From Vicugna vicugna (Eukaryota), in assembly GCA_013265495.1 (NCBI GenBank), contig MU058687.1, positions 3,846,001 through 3,910,000 of the forward strand: DNA of 64,000 nucleotides, in the 5' to 3' direction. This document shows positions 61,843 through 64,000 of this stretch, one piece after another (position 1 is the first letter of the stretch; each line of letters begins with the position of its first letter). The notes under the pieces are model-generated. The model saw only the letters and a program-made list of their open reading frames with translations. It made no database searches and was not told where the DNA came from. A program made the position numbers and the translations under genes.

Positions 61843-63699
61843 CTGCCCATTTCTCCTGTTTCAGAGTAATTGGAGGCTTATTTTTTATTCCCCTCTTGGG
61901 ATAAGGTCAGCTTATTGAATAAAGGGTAGAGTGTAAAAAGGCCTTGGCTTTGAGTACATTTGACCTCAGGGACCGTATGACTGGAAACCAGGTATCTTCC
62001 TTTTCTTCCCCCCTTGAACAACATGCACTTGCCCCTAGAACTCTATCCTGAAGTTGGTTCTGTACTGTCCTCCCTCTCTATCCACTCCACCTGCCTCCCA
62101 ACAGTTGGTTTGAACATGATTTTTAAAAACTCACTTTTTTAAGCTGTCCCACTGAAGGGCCAATGTACACCATTTCCATTCTAGGGGCCCCTTATTATTT
62201 TGATTTAAGTCTGTCGAAGTGGTTCCATAGGAATTTAAGAATAATCTAGTGATGTTCTTCACCTCAGTGGTAGAAGTGGAGTTGGTCTGGTGCCTCAGAC
62301 CTACAAGCCGCTTTTCTGAAGCCTTGAAGAAGTGTTCCTGTGGCCTACCTCACCCTCCTGGGTGAAGAATGGTCTAAGTATGGAAGAACCATGAGCTTCT
62401 GCTGGAATTCTCTGTCCTGTTCTTTTTTTTTTTTTTTTGAGTAACAACAAACACACATACACATACAATGATTATTATGACTCATGTCCGTCACACTAAA
62501 TTAATTTTTTCTTTTCTTTCTTCTTTTCTGCCATGATAGTGGACACACAGTACGTACTCAGTGTGCTCCATATCAATTATATTAAAGGCATGGATGCACA
62601 TCAGATGCAACACAGAGGAGAGGGGCCTCGTTTCTGTCTTATGGAAATGAGAGACAGATCAATGGCAGGGGAGGGTCACAGGATTCTCTTCCTTCTTAAC
62701 AATCATTGTGGCCACTAGAGAGATTCTTGTAGATACACCAGGTGCTCAGCAAATTTTTTGCTCAGAACTGAAGGATATTTGCCTCCCCCAGCCAGCCTTT
62801 ACACATTAGTGTGTATGGATCATTATGCAAAACAGAGATGTTCAGTATTGCCCCTTTCTAGAATATTCCTTGACCTTTATCCATGGAGATTGACTATTAC
62901 ATTTCCACTCTTTTTATGATGCCTATTTATATGTTTATTTATTTTATTATTATTATTTTTATTTGAAAAGGAGAATCTTTGATGAAGTACAACTTGTGAC
63001 CAGGAGGCAGGCAAAGATGATAGGATGATTGAAAGGGGAAATTAAGGGACGTCTTAGACTCGTTGAACCTTAGGATTCAGAGGTTGTTGATCTGTATCTA
63101 CTGAAGAGATTCTCTGAAGACTTAAAATAGACAGTCTGATTTAATCTTTCTCTCTCAAAGGCCAAACGTTAATTATGTTTTTGTCCTTAATACTTGAAAA
63201 ATTAAAATTATGTGAGAAAAAAGCAAAACTTATAAAAGCAATTTATATATGTTGTAAAAATATTCAAACATTTACAGAAGAAACAGAAAAGTAAAATGAT
63301 CTCCCCTACAGCCCAATCTCTAGTGGTAAAATTTTAAAATGTTCTGTTCTACCACCAGGATTCTAATATACTTTCTTGATGTGTGAAATGTAGACTGTAG
63401 CTTTTGGCTCCTTGCCAGAGGGATTTAGAGCTACATCTCTAAATGGTACCTTCCATTCATCACTCCTTCTCCAGAATTCTGTCAGTCATACTATTAGTTT
63501 CCCATTATCAAGATATAGTAACATTCATATCTATTCTCTAAATATAATTAGGTTTCCCTTGCCTTGCTGTTGATTCTAAAAAGTTTGTTTGGATTGAGTG
63601 CCTATTTTGTGTCAGACATAGGCCTATGTGCATATATGTACAAGTGTTCACAGTATTGTGTGGAAGACAGTTGAATAAGTTTGAGGTTGGAAGAGATAC

Positions 63700-64000
63700 A
63701 AAATGCATATCTCAATTCTGTTTCTAAGAATTTATTTAAATGAAAAATCAAATGAAAAGATTGACAGTCAAGGATGTCATCATAGTATTATTTAGGGAAG
63801 AAAGTACCCTGGAAATTTAAATGCCTAAAGATTGGTCAACATTAAATAAATTATGGAACCCACATGTAATGGAATCACAGTCATTAAAAATCAAATGTTT
63901 GAGAAATATTAAACGACATGATGAAATGATCATGTTCTAATTTAATGGAAAAAAGAAAAACATGATATAAAACCAAATCTATAGCTTATCTCAAGAAAAT
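63700..64000 (+). mobile_element. Old L1 (L1ME-like) 3' fragment
   Basis: caattctgtttctaagaatttat...aaggatgtcatcatagtattattt...taaatgccta...ttaaataaattatgg...aatggaat...cattaaaaa. Confidence 0.7.

Noticed and set aside
1..64000. Host gene identity or a novel multi-gene system
   Set aside because: No coding exon is recognisable, so naming a gene would be a guess. Nothing in the window supports a new biological system beyond the candidate regulatory and splice elements listed.

Overview
Mammalian non-coding DNA, most likely camelid (camel, alpaca or llama). The taxon call rests on a tRNA-Ala-derived SINE with target-site duplications (TSDs) at 60656-60772 that matches the camelid vic-1 type, and on the absence of recognisable Alu, B1, Bov-tA, PRE1 or SINEC elements. 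I found no supportable protein-coding gene: the ORF track is explained by chance ORFs and antisense reads of repeats. The window is a dense mosaic of old interspersed repeats: a ~4.9 kb decayed L1 that keeps its 5' end, younger L1 3' fragments, about 30 MIR pieces, L2 pieces, MLT1/MLT2/LTR16 solo LTRs (some nested, with TSDs) and MER3/MER5. Most L1 and LTR elements lie on the minus strand, which suggests a large intron of a plus-strand gene. The best signals in the unique sequence are: (1) a near-perfect REST/NRSF RE1 site at 46525-46545, suggesting a neuronal host gene; (2) a motif-dense element at ~8040-8400 with twin STAT GAS sites, followed by a candidate 23-nt microexon; (3) a Pbx-Hox/Meis motif cluster at ~20740-21010; (4) a candidate frame-preserving 189-nt exon at 27064-27252; (5) an unexplained ~340-bp dispersed duplication (55653/58724); and (6) a recent tandem duplication with internal deletion at 35799-35983. 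I did not find evidence for a genuinely new biological system. Repeat family names and boundaries come from visual recognition and are approximate.
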